Positions 53,309 through 62,485 of a stretch of DNA of 64,000 nt are shown here, one piece after another. The translations under genes and the position numbers were made by a program. The DNA lies in contig JANXRZ010000223.1 of assembly GCA_025352885.1 (NCBI GenBank), positions 33,291-97,290 of the forward strand, in the 5' to 3' direction. How positions within the stretch are numbered: position 1 is the first letter of the stretch; every line of letters starts with the position of its first letter. The DNA comes from Pseudomonadota bacterium (GTDB taxonomy: Bacteria; Pseudomonadota; Gammaproteobacteria; Burkholderiales; SG8-39). Below the pieces are notes generated by a model, which did not search any database, had not been told where the DNA came from, and saw nothing but the letters and a program-made list of their open reading frames with translations.

Positions 53309-54492
53309 TTGATGAGCCCGTCTTTTTTGAACATTTCGCGCACGCCGCGCACGGCCTGCCGCAGGCGGTGCTCGTTTTCGATGAGGGCGATCCTCACGTG
53401 GTCGTCCCCGTAGTCGCCGAACCCGATGCCCGGGGACACGGCGATCTTGGCGTCCTCCAGGAGCTTTTTGGCGAATTCGAGCGACCCCATGGCCGCATAC
53501 GCCTCGGGGATCTTCGCCCAGACGTACATCGAGGCCTTGGGGTTCTCGACCATCCAGCCGATGTCGTGAAGGCCCTTCACCATCACGTCGCGGCGCTTCT
53601 GGTACTTGAGCCGGATCTCTTCCACGCACTCCTGGGGCCCGTCGAGCGCCACGATGGAGGCGATCTGGATCGGGGCGAAGGTGCCGTAGTCGTGGTAGCT
53701 CTTCATGCGGCCCAGCGCGTGGACGAGCTCCTTGTTGCCGACCATGAACCCGATCCGCCACCCGGCCATGTTGTAGCTCTTCGACATCGTGAAGAACTCC
53801 ACCGCGACGTCGCGCGCGCCGGGCACCTGCATGATGGAGGGCGCCTTGTAGTCGTCGAACGTGATGTCGGCATAGGCGAGGTCGTGCACCACCAGGATGT
53901 CGTGCCGCTTGGCCAGGGCCACGATGCGCCCAAAGAACTCGAGTTCGACGCACATCGCCGTCGGGTTCGAGGGGAACCCGAGCACCAGCATCTTGGGCTT
54001 GGGGATCAGCTCACGGATCGCGCGCTCCGCCTCGGCGAAGAAGTCCACGCCCGGCGTCATTCTCACCGAGCGGATGTCCGCGCCGGCGATGATCGCGCCG
54101 TAGATATGGATCGGGTACGAGGGATTCGGCACCAGCACCGTGTCGCCGCGCTCGAGCGTCGCGAGCATCAGGTGGGCCAGGCCCTCCTTCGAGCCGATCG
54201 TGACGATGGCCTCGGAATCGGGATCGAGCTCCACGCCGTAGCGGCGCGCGTACCAGTCGCAGATGGCGCGGCGCAATCGCGGGATGCCTTTCGACACCGA
54301 ATATCCGTGCGTGTCCTGGCGCTGGGTTGCCTCGACCATCTTGTCGACGATGTGCTGGGGGGTAGGGCCGTCCGGGTTGCCCATCGAAAGGTCGATGATG
54401 TCTTCGCCGCGCCGCCGTGCCGCCATCTTGAGCTCGGCGGTGATGTTGAACACGTACGGCGGCAGACGCTTGATCCTGCTGAACTCTCGCAT
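53305..54492 (-). CDS. Class I/II PLP aminotransferase (AlaC-like alanine/glutamate-pyruvate transaminase)
   Basis: 395 aa. [21 protein letters not shown]-Lys motif [13 protein letters not shown]. Conserved position upstream of hom-thrC. Confidence 0.88.
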   Translation of the reverse strand: MREFSRIKRLPPYVFNITAELKMAARRRGEDIIDLSMGNPDGPTPQHIVDKMVEATQRQDTHGYSVSKGIPRLRRAICDWYARRYGVELDPDSEAIVTIGSKEGLAHLMLATLERGDTVLVPNPSYPIHIYGAIIAGADIRSVRMTPGVDFFAEAERAIRELIPKPKMLVLGFPSNPTAMCVELEFFGRIVALAKRHDILVVHDLAYADITFDDYKAPSIMQVPGARDVAVEFFTMSKSYNMAGWRIGFMVGNKELVHALGRMKSYHDYGTFAPIQIASIVALDGPQECVEEIRLKYQKRRDVMVKGLHDIGWMVENPKASMYVWAKIPEAYAAMGSLEFAKKLLEDAKIAVSPGIGFGDYGDDHVRIALIENEHRLRQAVRGVREMFKKDGLIK

Positions 54493-54574
54493 GGCGATCC
54501 CGGGGCTTAAACCACTGAAAAAAAGATAGAATTCTACGCGACCGGGGTCCCTCCCTCAATTCGCGGATCGCTTC

Positions 54575-54943
54575 TTGAAGCTGCATGCATCAGGCCTCAC
54601 CAGCCTCAACACCTTTACCGGCTACGGCGCCGGATTCGTCCTGGTCAACGACGTCCGCCACGAGGCGAACATCGTCGTGCTGCCGGAGCTTCTCGTGCCG
54701 TGGGACGCTCCTGGCTTCGCAAGTCTCGAGGCAAAGCACTTCGAAGCGATCGCGGCGCTGAAACCGGAGGTCGTCCTGCTCGGCACCGGGGAGAAACTGC
54801 GCTTTCCCCATCCCCGCCTGTCGCGCGCGCTGGCGGAGGCGCGCATCGGCCTCGAGGTGATGGACATCCAGGCGGCTTGCCGCACCTACAACATTCTCAT
54901 GGCCGAGGAGCGCAAGGTGGCTGCCGCCCTGCTCTTCCAGTAG
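54575..54943 (+). CDS. Mth938-like (DUF498) domain protein
   Basis: 122 aa, TTG start. EVVLLGTGEKLRFPHP...GLEVMDIQAACRTYNIL is typical of the family. Confidence 0.7.
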   Translation: MKLHASGLTSLNTFTGYGAGFVLVNDVRHEANIVVLPELLVPWDAPGFASLEAKHFEAIAALKPEVVLLGTGEKLRFPHPRLSRALAEARIGLEVMDIQAACRTYNILMAEERKVAAALLFQ

Positions 54944-54948
54944 ACAAC

Positions 54949-55692
54949 ATGACCGATTCGCTCGGGTTTCGCCGCAAGTTCGCCGTTCTCATCCCGTCCA
55001 CCAACACGAGCGTACAGCCCGAGTTCGATGGCATGCGGCCGCCCGGGGTCACCAACCACGTAAGCCGCATCAAGATCCCGAACGATCCGCTGCATAACGA
55101 CGAGGATTTCAGGAAGCTCGTCGAGAACATCGCCGCCGCGCAGCTCGAAGCGGTCGACAGCGCGATGAGCTGCGAGCCGGACCACATCGTGCTTGGCATT
55201 TCCGTGGAGACGTTCTGGGGCGGCCTCACCGCGAGCCGCAAGCTGAACGCGGAGCTCGAAGCGCATACGAAGCTCGGCGTCACCGGCGGCGCCGAGGCCT
55301 GCGCGACCGCGTTTTCGAAGCTCGGCGTCAAGCGCATAGCCGTGATCACGCCCTACTTCCCCGTCGGGGACAAGAACGTAAAGCAGTTCTTCGAGGAGTC
55401 CGGGTACGAGGTGAAAAGGCTCAAGGGACTCAAATGCGCGTCACCGGTGTTGATTGCGCATGTGCAGCCTGAGGAACTGAGGGCTGCGGTTGAAGAGGTG
55501 GACGCAGACGATGTGGATGCGGTGATCCAGGTGGGAACGAACCTGGCGTTTGGCGCGCTAGCGGCGAAGATGGAAGCCGAGAGAAAAAAACCGATCCTTG
55601 CGATCAATACGGCGATTTACTGGCATGCGCTCAGGAAGAACGGGATTGGGGATAAGGTGAGCGGGTGGGGACGTTTACTGGAAGAATTTTGA
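54949..55692 (+). CDS. Asp/Glu/hydantoin racemase-superfamily protein (maleate isomerase / arylmalonate decarboxylase-like)
   Basis: Start MTDSLGFRRKFAVLIPSTNTSVQPEF. RIAVITPYFP and VDAVIQVGTNL align with maleate-isomerase blocks. Ser/Thr sit where the two catalytic Cys normally are. Confidence 0.7.
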   Translation: MTDSLGFRRKFAVLIPSTNTSVQPEFDGMRPPGVTNHVSRIKIPNDPLHNDEDFRKLVENIAAAQLEAVDSAMSCEPDHIVLGISVETFWGGLTASRKLNAELEAHTKLGVTGGAEACATAFSKLGVKRIAVITPYFPVGDKNVKQFFEESGYEVKRLKGLKCASPVLIAHVQPEELRAAVEEVDADDVDAVIQVGTNLAFGALAAKMEAERKKPILAINTAIYWHALRKNGIGDKVSGWGRLLEEF

Positions 55693-55751
55693 GTGATCCA
55701 TCCTACGAAAAGCAGGCTCCATTGAAACTCAACGATTAAGAGAAAAGCACC

Positions 55752-56309
55752 ATGACCCGCAGATTCAAGGACCTCTCCCCCTCCGAAATGACCGATGCCC
55801 AGCGCAAGGCTTACGACGCCATCGTCTCAGGCCCGCGCGGCGGCGCCCGCGGCCCCTTCAACGCGCTTTTGCGAAGCCCTGATTTAGCAGACCGCGTGCA
55901 GCGGGTCGGCGAATATGTGCGCTTCAACAGCTCGCTCCCGGCACCCCTGAACGAGCTTGCAATCCTCGTCGTCGCGCGCCACTGGAGCGCGCAATACGAG
56001 TGGTACGCGCACAGCAAACTCGCGCTGGCCGCGGGACTCAGCGCAACGATCGTCGACGCGATCTCGCAGGGCAAGCGCCCATCGGCCATGCAAGCCGACG
56101 AATCGGCGGTCTACGAATTTTGCAAGGAGCTGCACGAGACCAAGGCCGTGAGCGATGCAACGTACGCAAAGGCGCTTGCGCAATTTGGCGAGGCGGGCGT
56201 GGTCGACCTGCTGGGCGTGTCGGGGTATTACACGCTGGTGTCGATGATCCTCAACGTCGATCGCCACCCGTTGCCCGAGGGCGCAAAGCCGTTGCCCCCA
56301 TTGGAATGA
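55752..56309 (+). CDS. Carboxymuconolactone decarboxylase (AhpD-like) family protein
   Basis: 185 aa. RELAILVVARHWSAQYEWYAH-type CMD core. Confidence 0.75.
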   Translation: MTRRFKDLSPSEMTDAQRKAYDAIVSGPRGGARGPFNALLRSPDLADRVQRVGEYVRFNSSLPAPLNELAILVVARHWSAQYEWYAHSKLALAAGLSATIVDAISQGKRPSAMQADESAVYEFCKELHETKAVSDATYAKALAQFGEAGVVDLLGVSGYYTLVSMILNVDRHPLPEGAKPLPPLE

Positions 56310-56463
56310 AGCCCTCGGGATTCTAGAATGAATTCCTCGGCCGATCAGCGGTCTGCATCACGAAAAGGAAATATTTGCCGCGGAGGCTTGCGGTCCCGAA
56401 TAAAAATGGGTCCAATGAACTCATCGCAAGCCAACTGCAACGAGGGGTTTCGAGTAACCAGGC

Positions 56464-56919
56464 ATGCTAGGTAAACCCGTCAAGGATTTCACCCTGCCAT
56501 CGACCGGTGGCGCGACTTTCAAGCTGTCCGAGCACAAAGGCAACAAGCTGGTGCTCTACTTCTACCCCAAGGACAACACGCCCGGCTGCACCACGCAGGG
56601 CATGGGCTTTCGCGACCACTTCAAGGACTTCCGAAAGTCCGGCTGCGAGATCTTCGGCATCTCGCGCGACTCCGTTAAGTCCCACGAAGGGTTCAAAACG
56701 AAGCTGGGGCTGCCTTTCGAGCTGTTGTCGGACGCGGATGAAGCGGCCTGCGCCCAGTTCGACTCCATCAAGATGAAAAACATGTACGGCAAGAAGGTCC
56801 GCGGCATCGTGCGGAGCACGTTCGTCATCGATCCCAAAGGCGTGCTCGTGCGCGAATGGCGCGGTGTGAAAGTCCCAGGCCACGTTGAGGAGGTACTCAG
56901 TTTTGTTAAAACCCTATGA
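56464..56919 (+). CDS. bcp: Thioredoxin-dependent thiol peroxidase (peroxiredoxin Bcp)
   Basis: 151 aa. YFYPKDNTPGCTTQ peroxidatic-Cys motif. Confidence 0.92.
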   Translation: MLGKPVKDFTLPSTGGATFKLSEHKGNKLVLYFYPKDNTPGCTTQGMGFRDHFKDFRKSGCEIFGISRDSVKSHEGFKTKLGLPFELLSDADEAACAQFDSIKMKNMYGKKVRGIVRSTFVIDPKGVLVREWRGVKVPGHVEEVLSFVKTL

Positions 56920-58435
56920 CCGCAGAACCAGCGCCGACGAAAGCCCCACACCCCAGGACGATGTTCATAGCGAGTCAGAAGCCTCCACTCCCCCCTCTCC
57001 CTTGACCAAGAAACCTTCCCGCACCGCCCGCAAGACCGTCCCGAGCAAGCTGTTCGTGCTCGACACAAACGTGCTGATGCACGATCCCTCGAGCCTCTTT
57101 CGCTTCGAGGAGCACGACGTCTACCTGCCGATCGGCACGCTGGAGGAACTCGACAACCACAAGAAAGGCCTGTCGGACGTCTCGCGCAATGCGCGCCAGG
57201 CGAGCCGCTTCCTCGACGAGATCATCTCGACGATGGCCGGCGGCACGGCAGGTGACATCAGCAAAGGCATCCCGCTGACGCCGAAGGCCGGCGAGGCACC
57301 GGCCGGGCGCCTGTTCCTGCAGACGGAAGCGATCTCGGCGGACCTTCCCGTCACGCTCCCGATGGGCAAGACGGACAACCAGATCCTCGCCGTCGTCAGC
57401 CACCTGCAGAAAGCCAATCCGCGGCGCGAGGTGATCCTCGTGTCCAAGGACATCAACATGCGGATCAAGGCGCGGGCGCTTGCGCTCGCCGCCGAGGATT
57501 ATTCGAACGACAAGGTCCTGGAGGACACGGATCTCCTCTTCACCGGCATCACGAAGCTGCCGGCAGACTTCTGGGACACGCACGGCAAGGACATGGAATC
57601 CTGGAAGAAGGACGGCCACACCTTCTACCGGGTGCGGGGCCCGTTGGTGCCGCAGCTCTACGTGAACCAGTTCGTGTACGACGAGTCGGGCGAGCGCCCC
57701 CTGTATGCGATGGTCAAGGAAAAGAGCGGGCGCATGGCGGTGATCGAGACGCTGCGCGACTACTCGCATGCCAAGAATTCCGTGTGGGGCATCACCTCGC
57801 GCAACCGCGAGCAGAACTTCGCCCTGAACCTGCTCATGAACCCGTCCGTGGATTTCGTGACCCTGCTCGGGCAGGCGGGCACCGGCAAGACGCTGCTGGC
57901 CCTTGCCGCGGGCCTCACGCAGGTGCTGGACGAAAAGCGCTACACCGAGATCATCGTCACACGCGTGACCGTGCCAATCGGCGAGGACATCGGCTTTCTG
58001 CCCGGCACCGAAGAGGAAAAGATGACGCCCTGGATGGGCGCGTTCGAGGACAACCTCGAGGTGCTGAATACGACGGACGATTCGGGCGGCGAATGGGGCC
58101 GCGCCGCGACCCGCGACCTGGTGCGCTCGCGCATCAAGATCAAGTCGCTCAACTTCATGCGCGGCCGCACTTTCATCAACAAATTCCTGATCATCGACGA
58201 GGCGCAGAACCTGACGCCCAAGCAGATGAAGACGCTGATCACCCGGGCCGGCCCGGGCACCAAGGTGCTGTGCCTGGGCAACGTTGCCCAAATCGACACG
58301 CCATACCTCACCGAAGGTTCGTCGGGCCTCACCTACGTAGTGGACCGCTTCAAGGGATGGGGGCACTCCGGGCATGTCACCCTGGCGCGCGGGGAGCGCT
58401 CTCGCCTCGCCGATCATGCCGCAGAGGTGTTGTAA
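56903..58435 (+). CDS. PIN-domain / PhoH-like ATPase fusion protein (PhoH2/YlaK type)
   Basis: PIN N-terminus LFVLDTNVLMHDP. PhoH Walker A GQAGTGKTLLALAAG and IIDEAQNLT. No in-frame ATG: the TTG at 56903 has GAGGAGG 8 nt upstream, and the track start TTG 56885 is the alternative. Confidence 0.85.
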   Translation: MLKPYDRRTSADESPTPQDDVHSESEASTPPSPLTKKPSRTARKTVPSKLFVLDTNVLMHDPSSLFRFEEHDVYLPIGTLEELDNHKKGLSDVSRNARQASRFLDEIISTMAGGTAGDISKGIPLTPKAGEAPAGRLFLQTEAISADLPVTLPMGKTDNQILAVVSHLQKANPRREVILVSKDINMRIKARALALAAEDYSNDKVLEDTDLLFTGITKLPADFWDTHGKDMESWKKDGHTFYRVRGPLVPQLYVNQFVYDESGERPLYAMVKEKSGRMAVIETLRDYSHAKNSVWGITSRNREQNFALNLLMNPSVDFVTLLGQAGTGKTLLALAAGLTQVLDEKRYTEIIVTRVTVPIGEDIGFLPGTEEEKMTPWMGAFEDNLEVLNTTDDSGGEWGRAATRDLVRSRIKIKSLNFMRGRTFINKFLIIDEAQNLTPKQMKTLITRAGPGTKVLCLGNVAQIDTPYLTEGSSGLTYVVDRFKGWGHSGHVTLARGERSRLADHAAEVL

Positions 58436-58483
58436 GCTTCGATTTCCCCACCCCTGCCTACGGCTCACCTCTTGAGGATTGAA

Positions 58484-59317
58484 ATGAAAACGTTGCGCGT
58501 GCTTGCCTTTGCGGCGGTTGCCGCTTTTGTCTCCGATCCCTCGCTTGCACAATCCGGCAAGCCTTACGAGCCGCAGGTCGGCCAGCAGGGCAAGGACGTG
58601 ATCTGGGTGCCCACGCCGGACGAGATCGTCGAACGCATGCTGCGCATGGCCCAGGCGACTTCGAACGACTACGTGGTCGACCTCGGCGCCGGGGACGGCA
58701 AGATCGCGATCATGGCGGCCAAGAAATTCGGCGCGAAAAGCATGGGGATCGAATACAACCCCGAAATGGCCAAGCACGCGCAGTCCAATGCCGAAAAGGC
58801 CGGCGTGGCGGACAAGGCCCGCATCGTCCAGGGCGACATCTTCGCCTCGGACTTCAAGACGGCAACCGTCGTGACCATGTACCTGCTGCCGGCGCTCAAT
58901 CTCAAGCTGCGCCCGACTATCCTGTCGATGAAGCCGGGCACGCGCGTGGTGTCCCACTCGTTCACTATGGATGACTGGGAAGCCGACGAGATTTCGAGCG
59001 TCGACGGGCGCAGGGCATATTTCTGGATAGTGCCCGCGAACGTGCAAGGCACCTGGCGCATTACCTTGCCGGGTGGCGCGATCCAGGAAGTGACGTTCGA
59101 CCAGCGCTACCAGAAGATCGAAGGTCACGTTCAGCTCGGCACGGTCCAGGGCGGCCTGCGTGAAGCGCGCCTCTCGGGGCAGAACATCGCCTTTGCCTAT
59201 GTGGATGCGGCCGGCGTTCGGCGGGCCTTCAATGGCCGCGTCAATGGCACCGCGATGGAAGGGATGGTTCGCCCGGACGGCGGCGCGGAAGCCCGCTGGA
59301 TCGCGGCCAAGCAGTAA
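58484..59317 (+). CDS. Class I SAM-dependent methyltransferase with N-terminal signal/anchor sequence
   Basis: Start MKTLRVLAFAAVAAFVSDPSLAQ. SAM motif I VVDLGAGDGKI. Post-I and II blocks GIEYNPE, IVQGDIF, VVTMYLLP. Confidence 0.75.
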   Translation: MKTLRVLAFAAVAAFVSDPSLAQSGKPYEPQVGQQGKDVIWVPTPDEIVERMLRMAQATSNDYVVDLGAGDGKIAIMAAKKFGAKSMGIEYNPEMAKHAQSNAEKAGVADKARIVQGDIFASDFKTATVVTMYLLPALNLKLRPTILSMKPGTRVVSHSFTMDDWEADEISSVDGRRAYFWIVPANVQGTWRITLPGGAIQEVTFDQRYQKIEGHVQLGTVQGGLREARLSGQNIAFAYVDAAGVRRAFNGRVNGTAMEGMVRPDGGAEARWIAAKQ

Positions 59318-59344
59318 GGGTAAAAAGGCGGGCGGGCTACCGGT

Positions 59345-60757
59345 TCAGTAGCTGCCCTCGCGCGCACCGTTCTCGAAACGGGTGTGCTGCCCCAGGAACG
59401 TCAGGTTGACTGTGCCGATCGGCCCGTTTCGCTGCTTGCCGATGATCACTTCCGCCTTGCCTCGCGACTCGGGCTTGTCCTTGAAATAAACCTCATCCCG
59501 GTAGATGAACAGGATGACATCCGCGTCCTGCTCGATGGCGCCCGATTCCCGCAGGTCGGACATCATCGGGCGCTTGTCGTTGCGCTGCTCGAGCGCACGA
59601 TTCAGCTGTGAAAGGGCGACCACGGGCACGTCAAGTTCCTTGGCAAGGGCCTTGAGGCCGCGCGATATCTCGGAGATTTCCGTTGCCCGGTTCTCGGCCC
59701 CCGCCTGGGACGAGCCGGACATGAGCTGCAGGTAGTCGATGACGATGAGGCCGAGCTTGCCGCACTGGCGGTGCAGGCGCCTTGCGCGCGAGCGCAGCTC
59801 GAGCGCATTCAATGCCGCGGTTTCGTCGATGAAGATGGGCGCGTCGTTCAGTCTGCCCATCGCCGTGGCGAGCTTTGCCCACTCTTCGTCGTTCAGCCTG
59901 CCGGTGCGCATGCGATGCTGGTCCACGCGCGAAATAGATCCGAGCAACCTCATCGCCAATTGCGTGCCGCCCATCTCCATGCTGAAGATGGCGACCGGCA
60001 GGCCGTTGTCCACGGCGACGTGCTCGGCAATGTTCAATGCAAAAGCCGTCTTGCCCATCGAGGGTCGGCCTGCGACGACTATCAGGTCTTTCGGCTGGAG
60101 CCCCGCGGTCTCCCTGTCCAGGTCGATGAACCCGGTGGCCACCCCGGTGACATCCGATGGGTTGTCGCGGTGGTAGAGCTCGTCGATCCTTTGCATCACG
60201 CGCGCAAGCACCGGCTGGATTTCCTCGAAGCCGCTGCGGTTGCGCGCGCCGGCCTCGCCTATTTCGAGGATGCGCGTCTCCGCCTCGTCGAGCAGCTGCT
60301 TCACGTCCTTGCCCGAGGGGCTGAGCGCAACCTCTGCAATTTCCGTGGCGACTCTCGCGAGCTTTCTTTGGACGGCGCGCTCCCGGACGATCTCCGCGTA
60401 GCGGCGGATGTTCAGCGCGCTTGGCGTGTTCTGCGAGAGCGACCCGAGATAGGCGACGCCGCCCGTCTTGTCCTTGTCGTCGCTCGCCTCGATCGACTCC
60501 AGGACCGTGACCACGTCGGCCGGCCGGTTCATTTCGATCAGCTTGCCGATGTGCTTGAAGATCCGGCGGTGGTCGTCGCGATAGAAATCGTCGATGGACA
60601 CGAGGTCCGCGACTTTTTCCCACGCCTGGTTGTCCAGGAGCAGCCCGCCGAGGAGCGACTGTTCAGCTTCGACCGAGTGCGGCGGGACGCGCAGCGCGAG
60701 CACCTGCGGATCGACCGGCTCGACATTGAATGCTGCGTTCTGGGGTGCGCGGGCCAT
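59345..60757 (-). CDS. dnaB: Replicative DNA helicase DnaB
   Basis: PPHSVEAEQSLLGGLLLD and Walker A GRPSMGKTAF. The ATG at 60757 (MARAPQ) is preferred to the TTG at 60766. Confidence 0.95.
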   Translation of the reverse strand: MARAPQNAAFNVEPVDPQVLALRVPPHSVEAEQSLLGGLLLDNQAWEKVADLVSIDDFYRDDHRRIFKHIGKLIEMNRPADVVTVLESIEASDDKDKTGGVAYLGSLSQNTPSALNIRRYAEIVRERAVQRKLARVATEIAEVALSPSGKDVKQLLDEAETRILEIGEAGARNRSGFEEIQPVLARVMQRIDELYHRDNPSDVTGVATGFIDLDRETAGLQPKDLIVVAGRPSMGKTAFALNIAEHVAVDNGLPVAIFSMEMGGTQLAMRLLGSISRVDQHRMRTGRLNDEEWAKLATAMGRLNDAPIFIDETAALNALELRSRARRLHRQCGKLGLIVIDYLQLMSGSSQAGAENRATEISEISRGLKALAKELDVPVVALSQLNRALEQRNDKRPMMSDLRESGAIEQDADVILFIYRDEVYFKDKPESRGKAEVIIGKQRNGPIGTVNLTFLGQHTRFENGAREGSY

Positions 60758-60783
60758 GGGGAGCAAGCATGCTACACAAAAGG

Positions 60784-60807
60784 AAAAGGCCTGTCGCCAG
60801 GCCTTTT
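60784..60807 (-). terminator. Rho-independent terminator/attenuator between rplI and dnaB
   Basis: AAAAGGCCTG-tcgc-CAGGCCTTTT, a 10-bp stem flanked by A/T runs. On the minus strand it is followed by TTTTCCTTTT. Confidence 0.7.
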
Positions 60808-60854
60808 CCCATTTTCATAAGCTACGGATCACATTGCTTTTCTTGCAGCCGTTC

Positions 60855-61304
60855 TTACGTTTCTCCGAGGACCGAGACCGTGATGTTGACGACGACGTCC
60901 GAATGCAGCGCGATCGCGATCACCGTGTCGCCGACCTGCTTGATCGGGCCAGCAGGCATGCGCACTTGCGAGCGCTCGACTTCGAAGCCCTGCTTCTGCA
61001 GCGCTTCGACGATGTCGGTGTTGGTGACCGACCCGAACAGGCGTCCGTCCACGCCGGCCTTCTGCGCGATCTGCACCATGAGGCCGTCGAGCTTCGAGCC
61101 GCGCTCCTGCGCCTGCGCGAGCTGGTCGGCCTGCGCCTTCTCGAGCTCGGCGCGCTTGGCCTCGAACACCTTGAGGTTGCTTTCCGTAGCCCGCTTGGCC
61201 TTGCCGTGCGGGATCAGGAAGTTGCGCGCATAACCGTCCTTGACCTTGACCACGTCGCCGAGGCCGCCCAGGTTGACGACTTTTTCCATGAGGATGATTT
61301 GCAT
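60855..61304 (-). CDS. rplI: 50S ribosomal protein L9
   Basis: [36 protein letters not shown]. Confidence 0.97.
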   Translation of the reverse strand: MQIILMEKVVNLGGLGDVVKVKDGYARNFLIPHGKAKRATESNLKVFEAKRAELEKAQADQLAQAQERGSKLDGLMVQIAQKAGVDGRLFGSVTNTDIVEALQKQGFEVERSQVRMPAGPIKQVGDTVIAIALHSDVVVNITVSVLGET

Positions 61305-61313
61305 GTCCGCTCC

Positions 61314-61601
61314 TTAGTGCAGGTCGGTGTAGGGCAGCAGCGCAAGGAACCGCGCGCGCTTGATCGCCACCGACAACTGGCGCTGGAAGCCAGAAGTCGT
61401 GCCCGTGATGCGGGCCGGGATGATCTTGCCGTTCTCGTTGACGAAATCCTTGAGGACATCGACTTCCTTGAAGTCGACCCACTCCACCTTCTCGGCGGTG
61501 AAGCGACAGAACTTGCGGCGCCGGAAGAGCGCCTTCTGCCCGCGGTCCTTCTTGTCTTTCCCCTTGCCCTTGCCTTTAGCCTTGCCACGTCCGAAAGCCA
61601 T
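61314..61601 (-). CDS. rpsR: 30S ribosomal protein S18
   Basis: [42 protein letters not shown]. Confidence 0.97.
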   Translation of the reverse strand: MAFGRGKAKGKGKGKDKKDRGQKALFRRRKFCRFTAEKVEWVDFKEVDVLKDFVNENGKIIPARITGTTSGFQRQLSVAIKRARFLALLPYTDLH

Positions 61602-61919
61602 TTAAAGTGCTCCTTCCATGAATTCGATTTTGGTTACGTGCAGCACGACCTTCGCGCTGCGCTGGCTCTTTGCCGCCAGGAATCCGTTTGCCGTGAGCGC
61701 GCTGCCCAATCCAGCCGATGCGACCTGCCTTGCAACGGTGTCGAACGCAATTGCCGGCATTTCTGCACGCACAACGCGTTCGGTTCCCGCCTCGGTGATC
61801 GAAGACTCGTGACTGATGCGGAATTCCACGGCCGGCAATCCAGCCGGTGTGTACCGCAGTGCGCCGAGTTCCACGAGTGTTCCGCTCAAGGCGACGTGAT
61901 TGGCGTTTGCTTCGCCCAA
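61602..61919 (-). CDS. priB: Primosomal replication protein N (PriB)
   Basis: 105-aa OB-fold protein (NHVALSGTLVELGALRYTPAGLPAVEF) between rpsF and rpsR. TTG start. Confidence 0.88.
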   Translation of the reverse strand: MGEANANHVALSGTLVELGALRYTPAGLPAVEFRISHESSITEAGTERVVRAEMPAIAFDTVARQVASAGLGSALTANGFLAAKSQRSAKVVLHVTKIEFMEGAL

Positions 61920-61925
61920 CGGCGC

Positions 61926-62378
61926 TTAAGCTTCGGCCCTGGCCTGCGGCGCTTCGGCTGCCGGCACCGGCGCACCTTCGCCCGCCGGCTTGTCGCCGCG
62001 CTCGCCCCGCTGTTCACCACGCTGTTCACCCCGCTGGTCACCCATCAACGAGCGCGACTTCTCTTCCTTCATCATCGGCGAGGGCGTCGTATGGGCCTTG
62101 TCCATCTTGACCACCAGGTGGCGAAGAACGGCGTCGTTGAACTTGAAGGAGTGCTCGAGCTCGGTGAGCGTTTCGGCGTCGCACTCGATGTTCATGAGCA
62201 CGTAATGCGCCTTGTGCATCTTGGCGATCGGGTAGGTCATCTGGCGACGACCCCAGTCCTCCAACCGATGGACCACGCCGCTTCGCGTGGCGACGAGCGC
62301 CTTGTAGCGCTCGACCATGCCCGGAACCTGCTCGCTCTGGTCCGGATGGACGATAAAGACCACTTCGTAATGTCGCAT
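61926..62378 (-). CDS. rpsF: 30S ribosomal protein S6 with repetitive charged C-terminal extension
   Basis: [26 protein letters not shown]. The tail reads [23 protein letters not shown]... Confidence 0.96.
   Translation of the reverse strand: MRHYEVVFIVHPDQSEQVPGMVERYKALVATRSGVVHRLEDWGRRQMTYPIAKMHKAHYVLMNIECDAETLTELEHSFKFNDAVLRHLVVKMDKAHTTPSPMMKEEKSRSLMGDQRGEQRGEQRGERGDKPAGEGAPVPAAEAPQARAEA
61996..62043. repeat. 12-nt tandem repeat x4 (CGCTGTTCACCM consensus on + strand) inside the rpsF 3' region
   Basis: Units at 61996-62007 (degenerate), 62008-62019, 62020-62031 and 62032-62043. Together they encode (G-E/D-Q/R-R)n. Confidence 0.9.
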
Positions 62379-62485
62379 GCAGTTCTCCTTGTGGGTTTGT
62401 GAGCCGCCCGCTCATGCGTAAGGGGTGCGGCAAGGACGCGCCCTAAAAACTCTAGCCGGTTAGGCCGGGCTGCGGAAAGCTTTGA

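Noticed and set aside
56975-59128. 717-aa minus-strand ORF spanning PhoH2, the intergenic gap and the methyltransferase gene
   Set aside because: A shadow ORF. It has a low-complexity Arg/Gly/His-rich translation, crosses an intergenic region, and both sense genes have strong motifs.
60594-62402. 602-aa plus-strand ORF running antisense through dnaB 5', rplI, rpsR, priB and rpsF
   Set aside because: It is striking that it stays open across four intergenic gaps. However, it opposes five unambiguous housekeeping genes and translates to low-complexity Arg/Leu/Asp sequence. I treated it as a compositional artefact.
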